Notes: a model not told the origin generated them from the letters alone. Counted from the stretch's first letter, positions 18,965-28,500 are shown. The stretch: 63,108 nt of DNA from a virus (IMGVR_UViG_3300032322_001062:1-63108); one strand, 5' to 3'. A program made the numbers and translations.

Positions 18965-19245
18965 AGGGGCAGACCCTCACGCTTTGGGTCCGCGACGTCC
19001 TGGCATCACGACGGCCGAGCATTCCCAACCGTATCCAGATCGTAGACCCCGCCAGCTATACTAACGGGGGTGCCGCCGCCTATGCCACAAAGGCGGGGGC
19101 GACGGCGTCGGAAAAGGTGGGCGGGCCCGCCGGCAGTTAGGCTGCGACCCGCCCTAGTTAAGCAGAGGCTACTCTGCACACACGAACACACAACCAAAGC
19201 AATACAGTCTACTAAAGTGCGCCAGCATACTGCAACACGCTGACA
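18965..19245 (-). ncRNA. Candidate structured non-coding RNA (about 280 nt)
   Basis: Downstream of its own promoter; about seven consecutive hairpins; no ORF with an RBS seen. Confidence 0.45.
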
Positions 19246-19251
19246 AGGAGC

Positions 19252-19280
19252 AATATAGCGCAACCGACCCCATTTGTCAA
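19252..19280 (-). promoter_or_regulatory. Sigma70 promoter driving the candidate ncRNA
   Basis: TTGACA-N17-TATATT. Confidence 0.7.
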
Positions 19281-19328
19281 GCATCGCTACGCGAGGGACC
19301 CGCCGGGCCCTCCCACTTGATTTCCCCC

Positions 19329-19357
19329 TTGACCTATGCTATATAGGACTCTACCCT
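19329..19357 (+). promoter_or_regulatory. Divergent promoter firing into iteron element 1
   Basis: TTGACC-N17-TACCCT. Confidence 0.4.
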
Positions 19358-19379
19358 GCCGAAATGCACCCTTTTGCCA

Positions 19380-19650
19380 GAGTAGGTGAGAAGCCCCGCG
19401 CAGTGAGAAAGTCCAAAAGCCTTCCTCCCTCCCCGGGCCCAGCTAAGTCATTGAAATCATTGAAGAAGTGAGAAGGTGAGCGAGTGAGCGCGTTTTTCCA
19501 ACCTTTTCTATATAATACTCTTACTTCTTCTCTCATAAAAAGGGTACGCTCACCATTCTCACTTCCTCACCTTCAGGGCTTACGCCCTTGATATATAAGC
19601 CTTTTTGCGGTGAGAATCCCCGGTGAGCGTTACGCTCCCGTAACTCACCT
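19380..19650. other. Putative replication origin 1 (GTGAG x3, AT-rich core, CTCAC x3)
   Basis: GTGAG at 19468/19476/19484, AT-rich spacer, CTCAC at 19549/19558/19566; local G/C strand bias appears to flip here. Confidence 0.6.
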
Positions 19651-19824
19651 GGCCCCGTTGGACGGCGACCGGCGCCCCGCGCCCTTATGTAAGCGTAGGC
19701 ACGGTTTCTTTAACACGTCGCGGCCTTATGTAAACGAACGTGCCTAGTGGTGACATTTGCCCCGGCCGAATGTCGGCGAATCGGGTTACACGCGATCGTT
19801 ACGAGTGCGGAATAATTATTTGAG

Positions 19825-19853
19825 TTGACGTTGGGCGGCGACCGGGCTAGAGT
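19825..19853 (+). promoter_or_regulatory. Sigma70-like promoter
   Basis: TTGACG-N17-TAGAGT ahead of AGGAGG and ATG 19879. Confidence 0.65.
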
Positions 19854-19878
19854 GGTGGCGTTGTATAGGAGGTTCTGC

Positions 19879-20088
19879 ATGCTGAAGTGGTTCAAGCCGG
19901 AGTACCGGATCATACGGAATAGGTTCGGGTCGTATGAGGCGCAGGCCCGGCGCGGGTGGTGGCCCTTTTGGACCCACGTTCCCAGCACGCGCAGTTTGTC
20001 CGTGGAGCACGCCGAAGCCTATCTAATTGAGTATTTGGAGGTTAAGCGGGGCCGCGAAGAGGAAGTGCTGTATTTGGGGAGGATGTGA
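19879..20088 (+). CDS. Hypothetical protein
   Basis: AGGAGG RBS; MLKWFKPEYRII..., 69 aa. Confidence 0.65.
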   Translation: MLKWFKPEYRIIRNRFGSYEAQARRGWWPFWTHVPSTRSLSVEHAEAYLIEYLEVKRGREEEVLYLGRM

Positions 20089-20255
20089 TGGCGATTCCGT
20101 TGCCGGCGATTCCGTTGCGCGTGGCTCAGCGTTATAAGCTGGACGAGCAGGACGAGATGGTTTATACGGGGTATAAGCTCCAGGTGAAGATGGCAGAGGG
20201 CTGGGTGAACGTGCCGATTGTGTTCGTGCGCGAAGGGGAGCCGGAACCGGAATGA
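20088..20255 (+). CDS. Small hypothetical protein (55 aa, not in the ORF track)
   Basis: TGATG coupling and GGAGG RBS; MAIPLPAIPLRVAQRYKL.... Confidence 0.55.
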   Translation: MAIPLPAIPLRVAQRYKLDEQDEMVYTGYKLQVKMAEGWVNVPIVFVREGEPEPE

Positions 20256-20687
20256 GGATGGGGTTTAAGGAGGCGCTGCTGGTGACGGTGTCGCACCGGG
20301 GGTGGGCTTTTGAGTGGGTTGAGTGGCGCCAGGCATGGGAGATTGTGGCGTAAATGGGGCAAAGTCTAAAAAATTGCGCGAATGTGGTAGGGGTATCCTG
20401 ACAAAAAACACGGCCGGCTAGATTTTTCCTGCCCCCACCACGCCTACCCCTGAAATCCAGGAAAAAATGCCTAGGACGGGATTCTGGTTCGGGGCCGGAA
20501 CGGCGCTGGCCGGAGCACGGCTGTTGCGGGGCCGGAAGGAATAAATGCCTGGGAAAACATTCCTACGGGGGGCACGGCAAAAACCCCTAGGCCGGTTGAC
20601 CTAGGGGCCTTTGTTCTGGGGCCGCCCCGTTGCGCTTGGGGCCGGGGAGGAAAGGGGCCGGGCCGCGCTGGCCTAGCCCCTAGCCTA

Positions 20688-21200
20688 TCAGGCTGCGCGC
20701 TTCCCCTTCCGCGTGATCGTCACACCATGCGAGGCGCCAAGCCGGGCCGCCACGCTATAGGGGCCGGGCGCCGCCTTAGCCTTGGGCGCCACGGGGGCCG
20801 CCTTCACAACGGGGGCCGGGGGCGCCTTGGCCTTGGGGGCCGGGGGAGCGGGCGGCGCCTTGGGGGCTGGGGCCGCCTTAGACGCGGCAATCATGCGCGC
20901 CACCATCTTCTGCATGCCGGGCCATGCCGCCAATTCATCAAGCGTTCCGGCGCCGCTCAGAATGGCCAGCGCCCAAGCCTCGGCATTGGCCACTTCACTG
21001 TCATCTTCAACGTTGCCAGCCGCGAAACGCGCCGCGTCAAACCCAAGCTCCCCCTTCAAGATCTTGCCGGTGGAAATCGGCCCCATGTCGCCACGGCCGC
21101 CGGCCGCCTTGAAGGCGCCTTCAATGATGGCGCGCACCGCCGCCACTTCCTTCTCCGTCAGCGTGATGTTGTGCCACGCTTCAATCTTGTTCCGGGCCAT
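20688..21200 (-). CDS. Protein with a Lys/Ala/Pro-rich, histone H1-like C-terminus
   Basis: ATG 21200 after GAGAGGA; KAPPAPPAPKAKAPPAPVVKAAPVAPKAK. Confidence 0.6.
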   Translation of the reverse strand: MARNKIEAWHNITLTEKEVAAVRAIIEGAFKAAGGRGDMGPISTGKILKGELGFDAARFAAGNVEDDSEVANAEAWALAILSGAGTLDELAAWPGMQKMVARMIAASKAAPAPKAPPAPPAPKAKAPPAPVVKAAPVAPKAKAAPGPYSVAARLGASHGVTITRKGKRAA

Positions 21201-21444
21201 CTGATTAATCCTCTCTGCGCCCCTTGGCCGGGGCTCGGCGCCTTCGCTCCATTGCGTCGGCGGCCCCAAGCTCGGCACCGGGCGCAACCTTGTCAATAGG
21301 CTCCCGCCAAAAATAACGCATTTGTAATCCCGTGTTCCCGTCCCGTTCCCCTGTTGTTCACGTTCCGTTGCTTTCTGTCACACGTTGCGGGGCCGGGCCG
21401 ATCGGAACCTTTCCGCCTTCGCACCAATCCAGCGCGCCGCGCCC

Positions 21445-22071
<627 letters not shown>

Positions 22072-22078
22072 GAAAGGA

Positions 22079-22107
22079 ATTATATCACACATGCCTGTGT
22101 GATTCAA
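22079..22107 (-). promoter_or_regulatory. Sigma70 promoter for the HNH gene with a palindromic spacer
   Basis: TTGAAT-N17-TATAAT, 7 nt before ATG; ATCACACA-N4-TGTGTGAT at 22084..22103. Confidence 0.7.
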
Positions 22108-22134
22108 GGTGACGCCGCGTCGGGGCATTGTCAC

Positions 22135-22340
22135 TTGGACGCTCACCTAGTTAAGCCGTTAAAAACATTGAGGATTTTGCCAAAGGTGAGGGAGTGAGCG
22201 GAGCGCGGCCAACCTTTTATATATGTTCTTTCTTTTCCTATAAGGAAAGCGGTCCCTCACCACGCTCACCTTCTCACTTTCGCGCGGAGAGCCTAGAGAT
22301 ACCTAGGTTTTTTAGGTGAGAGTGTAGGTGAGAATCCTAG
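22135..22340. other. Putative replication origin 2 (diverged copy of 19380..19650)
   Basis: GTGAG at 22186/22194, shared CCAACCTTTT..TATA core, CTCAC at 22256/22265/22273 (same 9 and 8 nt spacing). Confidence 0.55.
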
Positions 22341-22558
22341 ACGCGCGTGCCCCCTTGCCATGAGGATGGAAGGAGGGTGCAGGAAGGGTATCTTATCAGG
22401 AGACTACATATTAGCCAGGCTTAGGTAGGAAATCAAGTATCTTATTCGGACCCCGGCCCAGCCCGTTGCGAGGCCGGATCAATCGGCAACCCCGTAACGT
22501 TCCGGCAGCGCCTTGATCCCCTGCTAGACCGCTGAAATCGCAGCGAAAATTTTTCCGC

Positions 22559-22587
22559 TTGACAGCCCCGGCGGCCCGGGGTAGGGT
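22559..22587 (+). promoter_or_regulatory. Early promoter
   Basis: TTGACA-N17-TAGGGT with an upstream A/T tract, at the head of the plus-strand cluster. Confidence 0.65.
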
Positions 22588-22660
22588 CCGATCCGTCGCC
22601 GCGAACAACGCCGAGCGATAATCCCCAATATATTTACCTGGTTTTATAGGAGATAGTCCT

Positions 22661-22846
22661 ATGACCGACGAGCAGAAGGCTTGCGTCGCAGCAGCCGTTG
22701 CTATTGCGTTCGAGTATCTCAAGGATGGGGGTCGCCTTGATGGGCAATCCGATATCGAGGCTGCGATTTTCAATGAACGTCTTGAGAAGTTCATTGAGAT
22801 GACCATGCCCGGTCAAATCCTCGACGCTTCCATTGTGGAGGAATAA
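22661..22846 (+). CDS. Early hypothetical protein
   Basis: AGGAG RBS; first ORF of the early operon. Confidence 0.6.
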   Translation: MTDEQKACVAAAVAIAFEYLKDGGRLDGQSDIEAAIFNERLEKFIEMTMPGQILDASIVEE

Positions 22847-22847
22847 A

Positions 22848-23063
22848 ATGCTTTCCTTCGATGAGTGCTGCGCCGCCATCATGCGAAACCGGAATGAGAA
22901 GGCGCTCAACTATGCAGTTGGGTATGCTTCTGCTGGGATGGGTATGCGGGGCCATGATGCCAAGGTGCAGGCCCTTTACATCCTGAACAATATGGGCCGC
23001 TGGCGTGGTGATATCGCCAAGCAGGTTCGTGAGTCCCTCAAGGCCATCAGCAAGGGAGCCTAA
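22848..23063 (+). CDS. Early hypothetical protein
   Basis: GGAGG RBS; QALYILNNMGRWRG motif. Confidence 0.65.
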   Translation: MLSFDECCAAIMRNRNEKALNYAVGYASAGMGMRGHDAKVQALYILNNMGRWRGDIAKQVRESLKAISKGA

Positions 23064-23066
23064 GCC

Positions 23067-23234
23067 ATGTTTGATTACTTTTACTCTTACGCTAAAGGTT
23101 ATATGCAGGGTCTTACGCAAGGGGTAATGGATATTCCAGAAACCTTGTCTGAGACTGACCGCTATTTGTGGCGGGCCGGTTATGACCGGGGCGTTTCTGA
23201 CTACTGCGAAACCATCGACAACGGGGAAGCCTAA
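23067..23234 (+). CDS. 55-aa Rmf/CrpP-fold-like protein (not in the ORF track)
   Basis: MFDYFYSYAKGYMQGLTQGVMDIP...RYLWRAGYDRG; pattern resembles RMF GY.AG..G...P...W..GW. Confidence 0.5.
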   Translation: MFDYFYSYAKGYMQGLTQGVMDIPETLSETDRYLWRAGYDRGVSDYCETIDNGEA

Positions 23235-23238
23235 TCCT

Positions 23239-23544
23239 ATGCGATTCTATCACTTCAGCCAGAACAATTCAGGCGGGGGGTATGACACTCCCGCCAAGGA
23301 GGTATTCATTGAAGCTGCCAATGCTGTCGAGGCCAATGAAATTGCCTTGCAGAATGGCATCTACTTCAATGGTGTCGCCAAGGATATCGACTGCGATTGC
23401 TGCGGCGACCGTTGGTATCCGGTTGACGACTATGAATTTGTTACTAACGACGGGGAAATCATGGAGCGTTGCATCGAGTCGTCCAGCCGTTTCAGCCGTG
23501 ATGATGGCGTGCCACACTCCCTTATCATCCGAAAGGAGACGTAA
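23239..23544 (+). CDS. Phage hypothetical protein
   Basis: FYHFSQNNSGG...GIYFNGV...DCDCCGDRW motif. Confidence 0.7.
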   Translation: MRFYHFSQNNSGGGYDTPAKEVFIEAANAVEANEIALQNGIYFNGVAKDIDCDCCGDRWYPVDDYEFVTNDGEIMERCIESSSRFSRDDGVPHSLIIRKET

Positions 23545-23547
23545 GCT

Positions 23548-23961
23548 ATGAACGCGCAGGAAATCTTTGATACCGCCGTTAAGCATATGGCCGAGCAGGG
23601 CCAGCCCGGCGGGCACCTCAATGAATACAATGATTTCGTTTGTGAGTATCGGGGCAACGGCAACAGCCGTTGTGCTGTTGGGGTTTTTATTCCCGATAGC
23701 GTTTATGAAGCGGGTATGGAGGGTAACGACGCCCAGTATTTGCTTGAAACTTATGGCGATTTACTCCCTTCTTGGATGTCCCATAACCTTAGTCTTCTTC
23801 GGGACTTGCAATCGGCTCACGACAGCATGAGCAACTGGTATCGGCCCGCGTCAATGAGGGCGGCGCTGTTGAAAATCGCTGACCAACATGACCTCACCCC
23901 GGATGTAGTTTATGAGGTTGAGTTTCCCGCAATCGTTAAGAAGACCACGGAGGAAGTGTGA
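23548..23961 (+). CDS. Phage hypothetical protein
   Basis: QEIFD...CEYRG...CAVGVFIPD...LQSAHD motif; AAGGAG RBS. Confidence 0.7.
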   Translation: MNAQEIFDTAVKHMAEQGQPGGHLNEYNDFVCEYRGNGNSRCAVGVFIPDSVYEAGMEGNDAQYLLETYGDLLPSWMSHNLSLLRDLQSAHDSMSNWYRPASMRAALLKIADQHDLTPDVVYEVEFPAIVKKTTEEV

Positions 23962-24149
23962 TGAAGCAGTATGTCATGAGCTACTACCTCGCCAATCGGT
24001 GGGGTAGCATGGTCGAACAGCAGAAGGTTGTTCGCAAAGTCGAGAGTATCCATGAGGCGCGAATGACGGCGGAACGGATGCTCGACCGCATGAAGTCCAA
24101 GGGTATGCCAGTCTATCCGCAGTATGATCTGCGGGAGGAGGCGCTCTGA
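23958..24149 (+). CDS. Hypothetical protein
   Basis: Overlapping start, GGAGG RBS. Confidence 0.55.
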   Translation: MMKQYVMSYYLANRWGSMVEQQKVVRKVESIHEARMTAERMLDRMKSKGMPVYPQYDLREEAL

Positions 24150-24150
24150 C

Positions 24151-24194
24151 CCTCGCATCCACCAGCTTCAGCAATGGGGCTGGTGTAGCGAAGG
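24151..24194 (+). promoter_or_regulatory. Long intergenic hairpin (possible RNase III processing site)
   Basis: CCTCGC..CACCAGCTTCA-GCAA-TGGGGCTGGTG..GCGAAGG; no U tract. Confidence 0.5.
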
Positions 24195-24227
24195 CCAGTT
24201 CCGGCTTTCGGTTAGGAGAACAAATCC

Positions 24228-24638
24228 ATGAATGACCTGGTTTTTACTGTGCCCGCCAAGGAGTGGACCGTCGAGGAGTTCGACCGGCAAGTGCGTGGCT
24301 TCAAGGCCAAGCTGGTCGCCTTCGGCGATGTGTTTGTTGGGCAGCAGCCCGAGAAGCCGGTCGTCCCGGGCACCAAGAGTTCACAGGTTGAAGCGGCCGA
24401 GGTGAATGGTATGCCGTGGCGGGGTTCAAGCTTTAGCGCAGAGATTGTGCAGCGCGTGCTGAAGATGAAGCCGACCGAGACTATCTTCCTTGAGTATAAC
24501 TCGCCTCGCCTCGCTCAGAAGCGGGCGCTCAACGCCGTGAATTATTTCCGGCAGATCACCAACGAGCATGTTTATATTCGCACGTCGATGGTGACGAAGG
24601 GTGAGAAGCGTGGCGTTCAGATCAGGAGGGTTGCGTGA
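24228..24638 (+). CDS. Hypothetical protein
   Basis: AGGAG RBS, 136 aa. Confidence 0.65.
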   Translation: MNDLVFTVPAKEWTVEEFDRQVRGFKAKLVAFGDVFVGQQPEKPVVPGTKSSQVEAAEVNGMPWRGSSFSAEIVQRVLKMKPTETIFLEYNSPRLAQKRALNAVNYFRQITNEHVYIRTSMVTKGEKRGVQIRRVA

Positions 24639-24741
24639 TGGAGAAGCGTCCGTTCTTCTGGTTTCCGCGCGTCTCTCGGGGCGCGCTGGGCTGGGTTTAC
24701 ATTCGTTGGGGGCGCAAGCTGTGGCTAATCGGGTAGTGAAG

Positions 24742-24993
24742 ATGCCGTTGCGGCGTAAGATCCTGCCGAGCCAGAAGGAGCTTCTGGAATGGGAGTATGA
24801 TCCTTACCGGACGTTGAAGCCGCAGATCAGGCGGCTGCTCGACGAGATCGTCGCTGACTATGAAAACCTGGTTAAGAGTGGCACGTCGCTTGACTATAGG
24901 TTGGCGGCGGCCCGCTATGCGGCGGAGGCCAAGGGCATCTTGCATGTTGCTCAGGCATCCGACGCCGTATTCCATAGGAGGGACATCCTGTGA
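24742..24993 (+). CDS. Hypothetical protein
   Basis: MPLRRKILPSQKE..., in the operon. Confidence 0.5.
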   Translation: MPLRRKILPSQKELLEWEYDPYRTLKPQIRRLLDEIVADYENLVKSGTSLDYRLAAARYAAEAKGILHVAQASDAVFHRRDIL

Positions 24994-25208
24994 ACGAGCT
25001 TGCCGAAATGGAAGCTGCCGCTATCGGCCACGACATGCATGTCATGGCTGACGAGTTGAAGGATCGGTTGAAGCGGACGGCCCTCGAATGGGGGCTTTTC
25101 GCTGACAGGCTGGATGAATTGGAGATGCTGCACTATGAGCTTTATGTCCTTTGTCAGCGGTTTTTTGCCCTCGAAGCCGGTCGAGGGGCCGGTGATCGTG
25201 GGGAATGA
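24990..25208 (+). CDS. Hypothetical protein
   Basis: GTGA coupling, AGGAGG RBS. Confidence 0.5.
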   Translation: MNELAEMEAAAIGHDMHVMADELKDRLKRTALEWGLFADRLDELEMLHYELYVLCQRFFALEAGRGAGDRGE

Positions 25209-25491
25209 CAGCATCAGTCGGCAGTTCTGCCAGTTCATGAAGGCGTCCTTCAAGATTGATGAGAAGGATATCCTCGCCGACATGGTGGTGTTCTGGCGTG
25301 AGGTCACAACGGAGGACGAAACTGACGTAGAATTGCAGCAGATTGCGCTGACCCGCGTCGAGGTGGATGGCTACAAGCTCACGGATGATGAGCTTCTGGA
25401 CTTCGCCTCGGCATACGAAGATGAATACATGGAGACGCTCGAATGGATCGCTCTCTCATCAATCGACTCAGCCGTAACATCACCCTGCTGA
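25135..25491 (+). CDS. Acidic hypothetical protein (start uncertain)
   Basis: D/E-rich ORF in the operon. Confidence 0.5.
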   Translation: MSFMSFVSGFLPSKPVEGPVIVGNDSISRQFCQFMKASFKIDEKDILADMVVFWREVTTEDETDVELQQIALTRVEVDGYKLTDDELLDFASAYEDEYMETLEWIALSSIDSAVTSPC

Positions 25492-26153
25492 CGGTCGGCA
25501 ATCCTAAGATTGTCAAGTCTATCGGCGAGGGCTACGCAACGGCGGGCCTTTCGTTGGCCCCGGCATGGGAATCCGGGCACAACACCTGCCCGAACCACAG
25601 CACGGCTTGCTCTGCTGCCTGCTTGAATAAGGCGGGCCGTGGTGCCATGCGGAATGTGCAGGAAGCGCGCGTCCGTAAGACCAAGATGTTCTTTGAGGCG
25701 CGCGACCACTTCGTCGATCACCTCAACGCCGACATCTACCAGTTCTGCAAGAATGCCCGCGAGTTGGGCATGAAGGTGGCGCTTCGCCTCAACATCCTGT
25801 CGGATATCCGGTGGGAGCGTGAAGGCATCATGAAGCGTTGGCCCGACATCCAGTTCTATGACTACACCAAGATTCCTAACCGGAAGAACCTGCCGTCCAA
25901 CTACAAGTTGACGTTCTCATTCTCCGGCAACAATCTTGATGCTTGCAGGAAGGCGCTCGCCAATGGTATGGGCGTGGCGGTTCCCTTCCTCGATGCCTTG
26001 CCTGAGACTTGGCTTGGGCATAAAGTCATTGACGGCGACGCCAATGACCTGCGTTTCCTTGACCCCACCCCTTGCATCGTGGGCCTTCGTGCGAAGGGTC
26101 CGCTCCGCAAGCTCCCGCAGTCTCCTTTTCTGGGTAACAACCATGCAGTCTAA
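25443..26153 (+). CDS. GP88-like Cys-motif protein
   Basis: LAPA...TCPNHSTACSAACLNKAGRG, RLNILSDIRW, QFYDYTK, DGDANDLRFLD. Confidence 0.7.
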   Translation: MDRSLINRLSRNITLLTVGNPKIVKSIGEGYATAGLSLAPAWESGHNTCPNHSTACSAACLNKAGRGAMRNVQEARVRKTKMFFEARDHFVDHLNADIYQFCKNARELGMKVALRLNILSDIRWEREGIMKRWPDIQFYDYTKIPNRKNLPSNYKLTFSFSGNNLDACRKALANGMGVAVPFLDALPETWLGHKVIDGDANDLRFLDPTPCIVGLRAKGPLRKLPQSPFLGNNHAV

Positions 26154-26388
26154 GTCTTCCGCGCAGGCTCCGGCCTTCGACCTCTCCGTCCGCATTGACG
26201 GGCGCGTTAACGTTTGGGCGTGGCTGCCGTGGCCCGACGCCGACCTCGACAATAACTCGGGGCGCCTTGCGCTGTTCATGAGGAACACGCTGGGCTGGCG
26301 TTCCTACGGCTGGCAGATTGTGCATGTCGCTGCTTCTGAGGCCGACGCCCAGAAGTGGCTCGTCAAGAACCCGATGAAGAAGGGCTGA
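26143..26388 (+). CDS. Hypothetical protein
   Basis: Overlaps the GP88-like stop; precedes rIIA. Confidence 0.5.
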   Translation: MQSKSSAQAPAFDLSVRIDGRVNVWAWLPWPDADLDNNSGRLALFMRNTLGWRSYGWQIVHVAASEADAQKWLVKNPMKKG

Positions 26389-26392
26389 CCCC

Positions 26393-28483
26393 ATGTTGCT
26401 CGCAACCAAGGACGAAACCATCGAGTCCGCTGGCCTCGGCGAAGGCGGCGCCTTCACGATTGCGGCCTCGGCCAAGGCGTTCGAGGTGCTGTCCTCGAAC
26501 CTCTACCAGAACAAGATCCTGGCGGTTATCCGCGAGATCACCTGCAATGCGGCTGACGCCCACCGGCTGACGGATCGCCCGCTCTCCGACATTGAGGTGC
26601 ATCTGCCCTCCGTCGCCGAGCCTTACTTCAGCGTGCGTGACTACGGCCCCGGCCTGTCCAACGCCGATTGCATCAGCCTTTACACCACCTACTTCCGCTC
26701 GACCAAGGACCACGACAACTCGGCGATTGGCGGCTTCGGCCTTGGTTCCAAGTCGCCGTTCGCCGTGACCGACCAGTTCACTATCGTGTCGCATCACGGC
26801 GGCTGGAAGCGCACCTACATTTGCTTCAAGTCGAACGGCCAGCCGTCCATCTATCTGGCTGGGCAGGAAATCCTTGAGGACTCCGACGACACTGGCCTCA
26901 TGGTCAAGGTCGCCTCGAAGGACTGGTATGCATGGGACCGCGAGGCTAAGAACTTCTTCCAGTGGTGGCCCGAACTGCCCAAGATCACCGGCTCATGGGC
27001 CTTCAAGGTCGATCCCGTTTGGGATGGCATTGGCGATACTGGCATGGTGTCGCCGACCAAGGTGGACGGCCAGCCCGAATGGGCTTTCCTTCCCTTTGGC
27101 AATGGCAATCAGGTGTTCATGGGGCTGGTCACCTACCCGCTGAACCTTGACGCCATTCCTAATATGCCTGACGAACTGCGCTCCTTCTTCACCAACACGT
27201 CTATCTTCCTGCGCTTTGCGGTCGGCGACCTGTCGATCAGCCCGTCCCGCGAAGCCCTGTCCTACGATCCTGCCACCTGCAACGCGATCATTGACAAGCT
27301 CAAGGCTGTGATCCGCGATGCAACGGCGGCTTTCCGCACCGGCCTTGCTGCCCAGCCCGACCTCTACCATGCCCGTCGCCATGTCTACGGCAGCGAGAAC
27401 AAGGGTGTCCTCACCCTCATGGAGAAGCTGGCCACGGCCAACAAGCTGTTGTGGAAGGGCAGGCCGGTGCCCCGCAACGTCAGCAGCAACATCGACAACT
27501 TCGGTGAGGGCGTTCATGCTGACCTGATCGGCAAGAAGTCCTATCACAAGAAGGCGCAGCGTCACGTCCAGAACGCTGTGATGTATGACCACTCGGCGAC
27601 CAGTAAGGACAAGTTGTTCTGGTCTAAGACGCCGCCCCGCAACTACGTCGCTGTGCTGACTGACTATTTCGGCGGCGCCCCTGCTTGGCGTGGTCTTATC
27701 CTGCGTGGCGGTGACTACGACGACATCTGCAAGTTCTGTGAAACGATGGGCCTGCCGCAGCCCATTGACTATGCTTCACTTCCTGTGCCCGTCAAGGTTC
27801 CGACGGCACGCGGCACCGTCAGCCGCACCACTGGCTACACCTTCGATACCAATGCGCTTTCCTACAATCGTTCGACTGTTCCGCTCGACCTCAACGGCGG
27901 CGGTCTCTACCTCGACTTCACCGACGGCAAGCCTCACTACTCGCAGCAGCGTGCGCTCACTGTCCTCTTTTCTGGCGGCTTCTTCGCTGGCAATGAGCCG
28001 CGCGTCATTGGTCTGCCCAACCCGGCCAAGCGCCCCGCCAATCTCAAGCTGGCGCTTGCCCTCAACGAATGGGCCGCGTTTGACACTACGTGGTTTCAGG
28101 AAAACGTCAGCGAGGAATGGCTTGAACGTGCTGTGTGTGCCAACAACATTCGCAACTGGCTGATGCGTAACTTCTACGGCTGCGCCAAGGTTCTGCGCAC
28201 CGCCCACGCCAACAATTCTTGGCGGGGTGCCGACGACTTCTTCAATCTTGTGGCGCCTTACTTTAATGGTTCGGGCGATGTTTTTCAGCCCGGCCACCTC
28301 AACTACGATGCCTTCGCTGCTCATGCTTCCGGGGAGCAGTCCGATGCTATCCAGCGGGGCATCGACGCTGCCCAACAGGCGGAGGTCAAGTGGCATAAGT
28401 TCCTTGATGCCAACCCGATGATGCGCTACACTCCGCTGAACAACGTCCCGACCGACATCCTCAACGCTTACATCAACCGCTGA
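26393..28483 (+). CDS. rIIA: RIIA-like protein (GHKL ATPase)
   Basis: AFEVLSSNLYQNKILAVIREITCNAADAH, VRDYGPGL, GGFGLGSKSPFA, SREALSY. Confidence 0.9.
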   Translation: MLLATKDETIESAGLGEGGAFTIAASAKAFEVLSSNLYQNKILAVIREITCNAADAHRLTDRPLSDIEVHLPSVAEPYFSVRDYGPGLSNADCISLYTTYFRSTKDHDNSAIGGFGLGSKSPFAVTDQFTIVSHHGGWKRTYICFKSNGQPSIYLAGQEILEDSDDTGLMVKVASKDWYAWDREAKNFFQWWPELPKITGSWAFKVDPVWDGIGDTGMVSPTKVDGQPEWAFLPFGNGNQVFMGLVTYPLNLDAIPNMPDELRSFFTNTSIFLRFAVGDLSISPSREALSYDPATCNAIIDKLKAVIRDATAAFRTGLAAQPDLYHARRHVYGSENKGVLTLMEKLATANKLLWKGRPVPRNVSSNIDNFGEGVHADLIGKKSYHKKAQRHVQNAVMYDHSATSKDKLFWSKTPPRNYVAVLTDYFGGAPAWRGLILRGGDYDDICKFCETMGLPQPIDYASLPVPVKVPTARGTVSRTTGYTFDTNALSYNRSTVPLDLNGGGLYLDFTDGKPHYSQQRALTVLFSGGFFAGNEPRVIGLPNPAKRPANLKLALALNEWAAFDTTWFQENVSEEWLERAVCANNIRNWLMRNFYGCAKVLRTAHANNSWRGADDFFNLVAPYFNGSGDVFQPGHLNYDAFAAHASGEQSDAIQRGIDAAQQAEVKWHKFLDANPMMRYTPLNNVPTDILNAYINR

Positions 28484-28500
28484 AACAGGAGACACATCCT

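Noticed and set aside
19100-19200. tmRNA (a minus-strand frame ends ...GRVAA-stop)
   Set aside because: No ANDN-type resume sequence and no tRNA-like acceptor or T-arm found.
18965-19245. Cobalamin riboswitch upstream of thyX-nrdJ
   Set aside because: Only isolated GGGAA and GCCAG fragments; the conserved core order is not matched and thyX has its own promoter. An Rfam scan would settle it.
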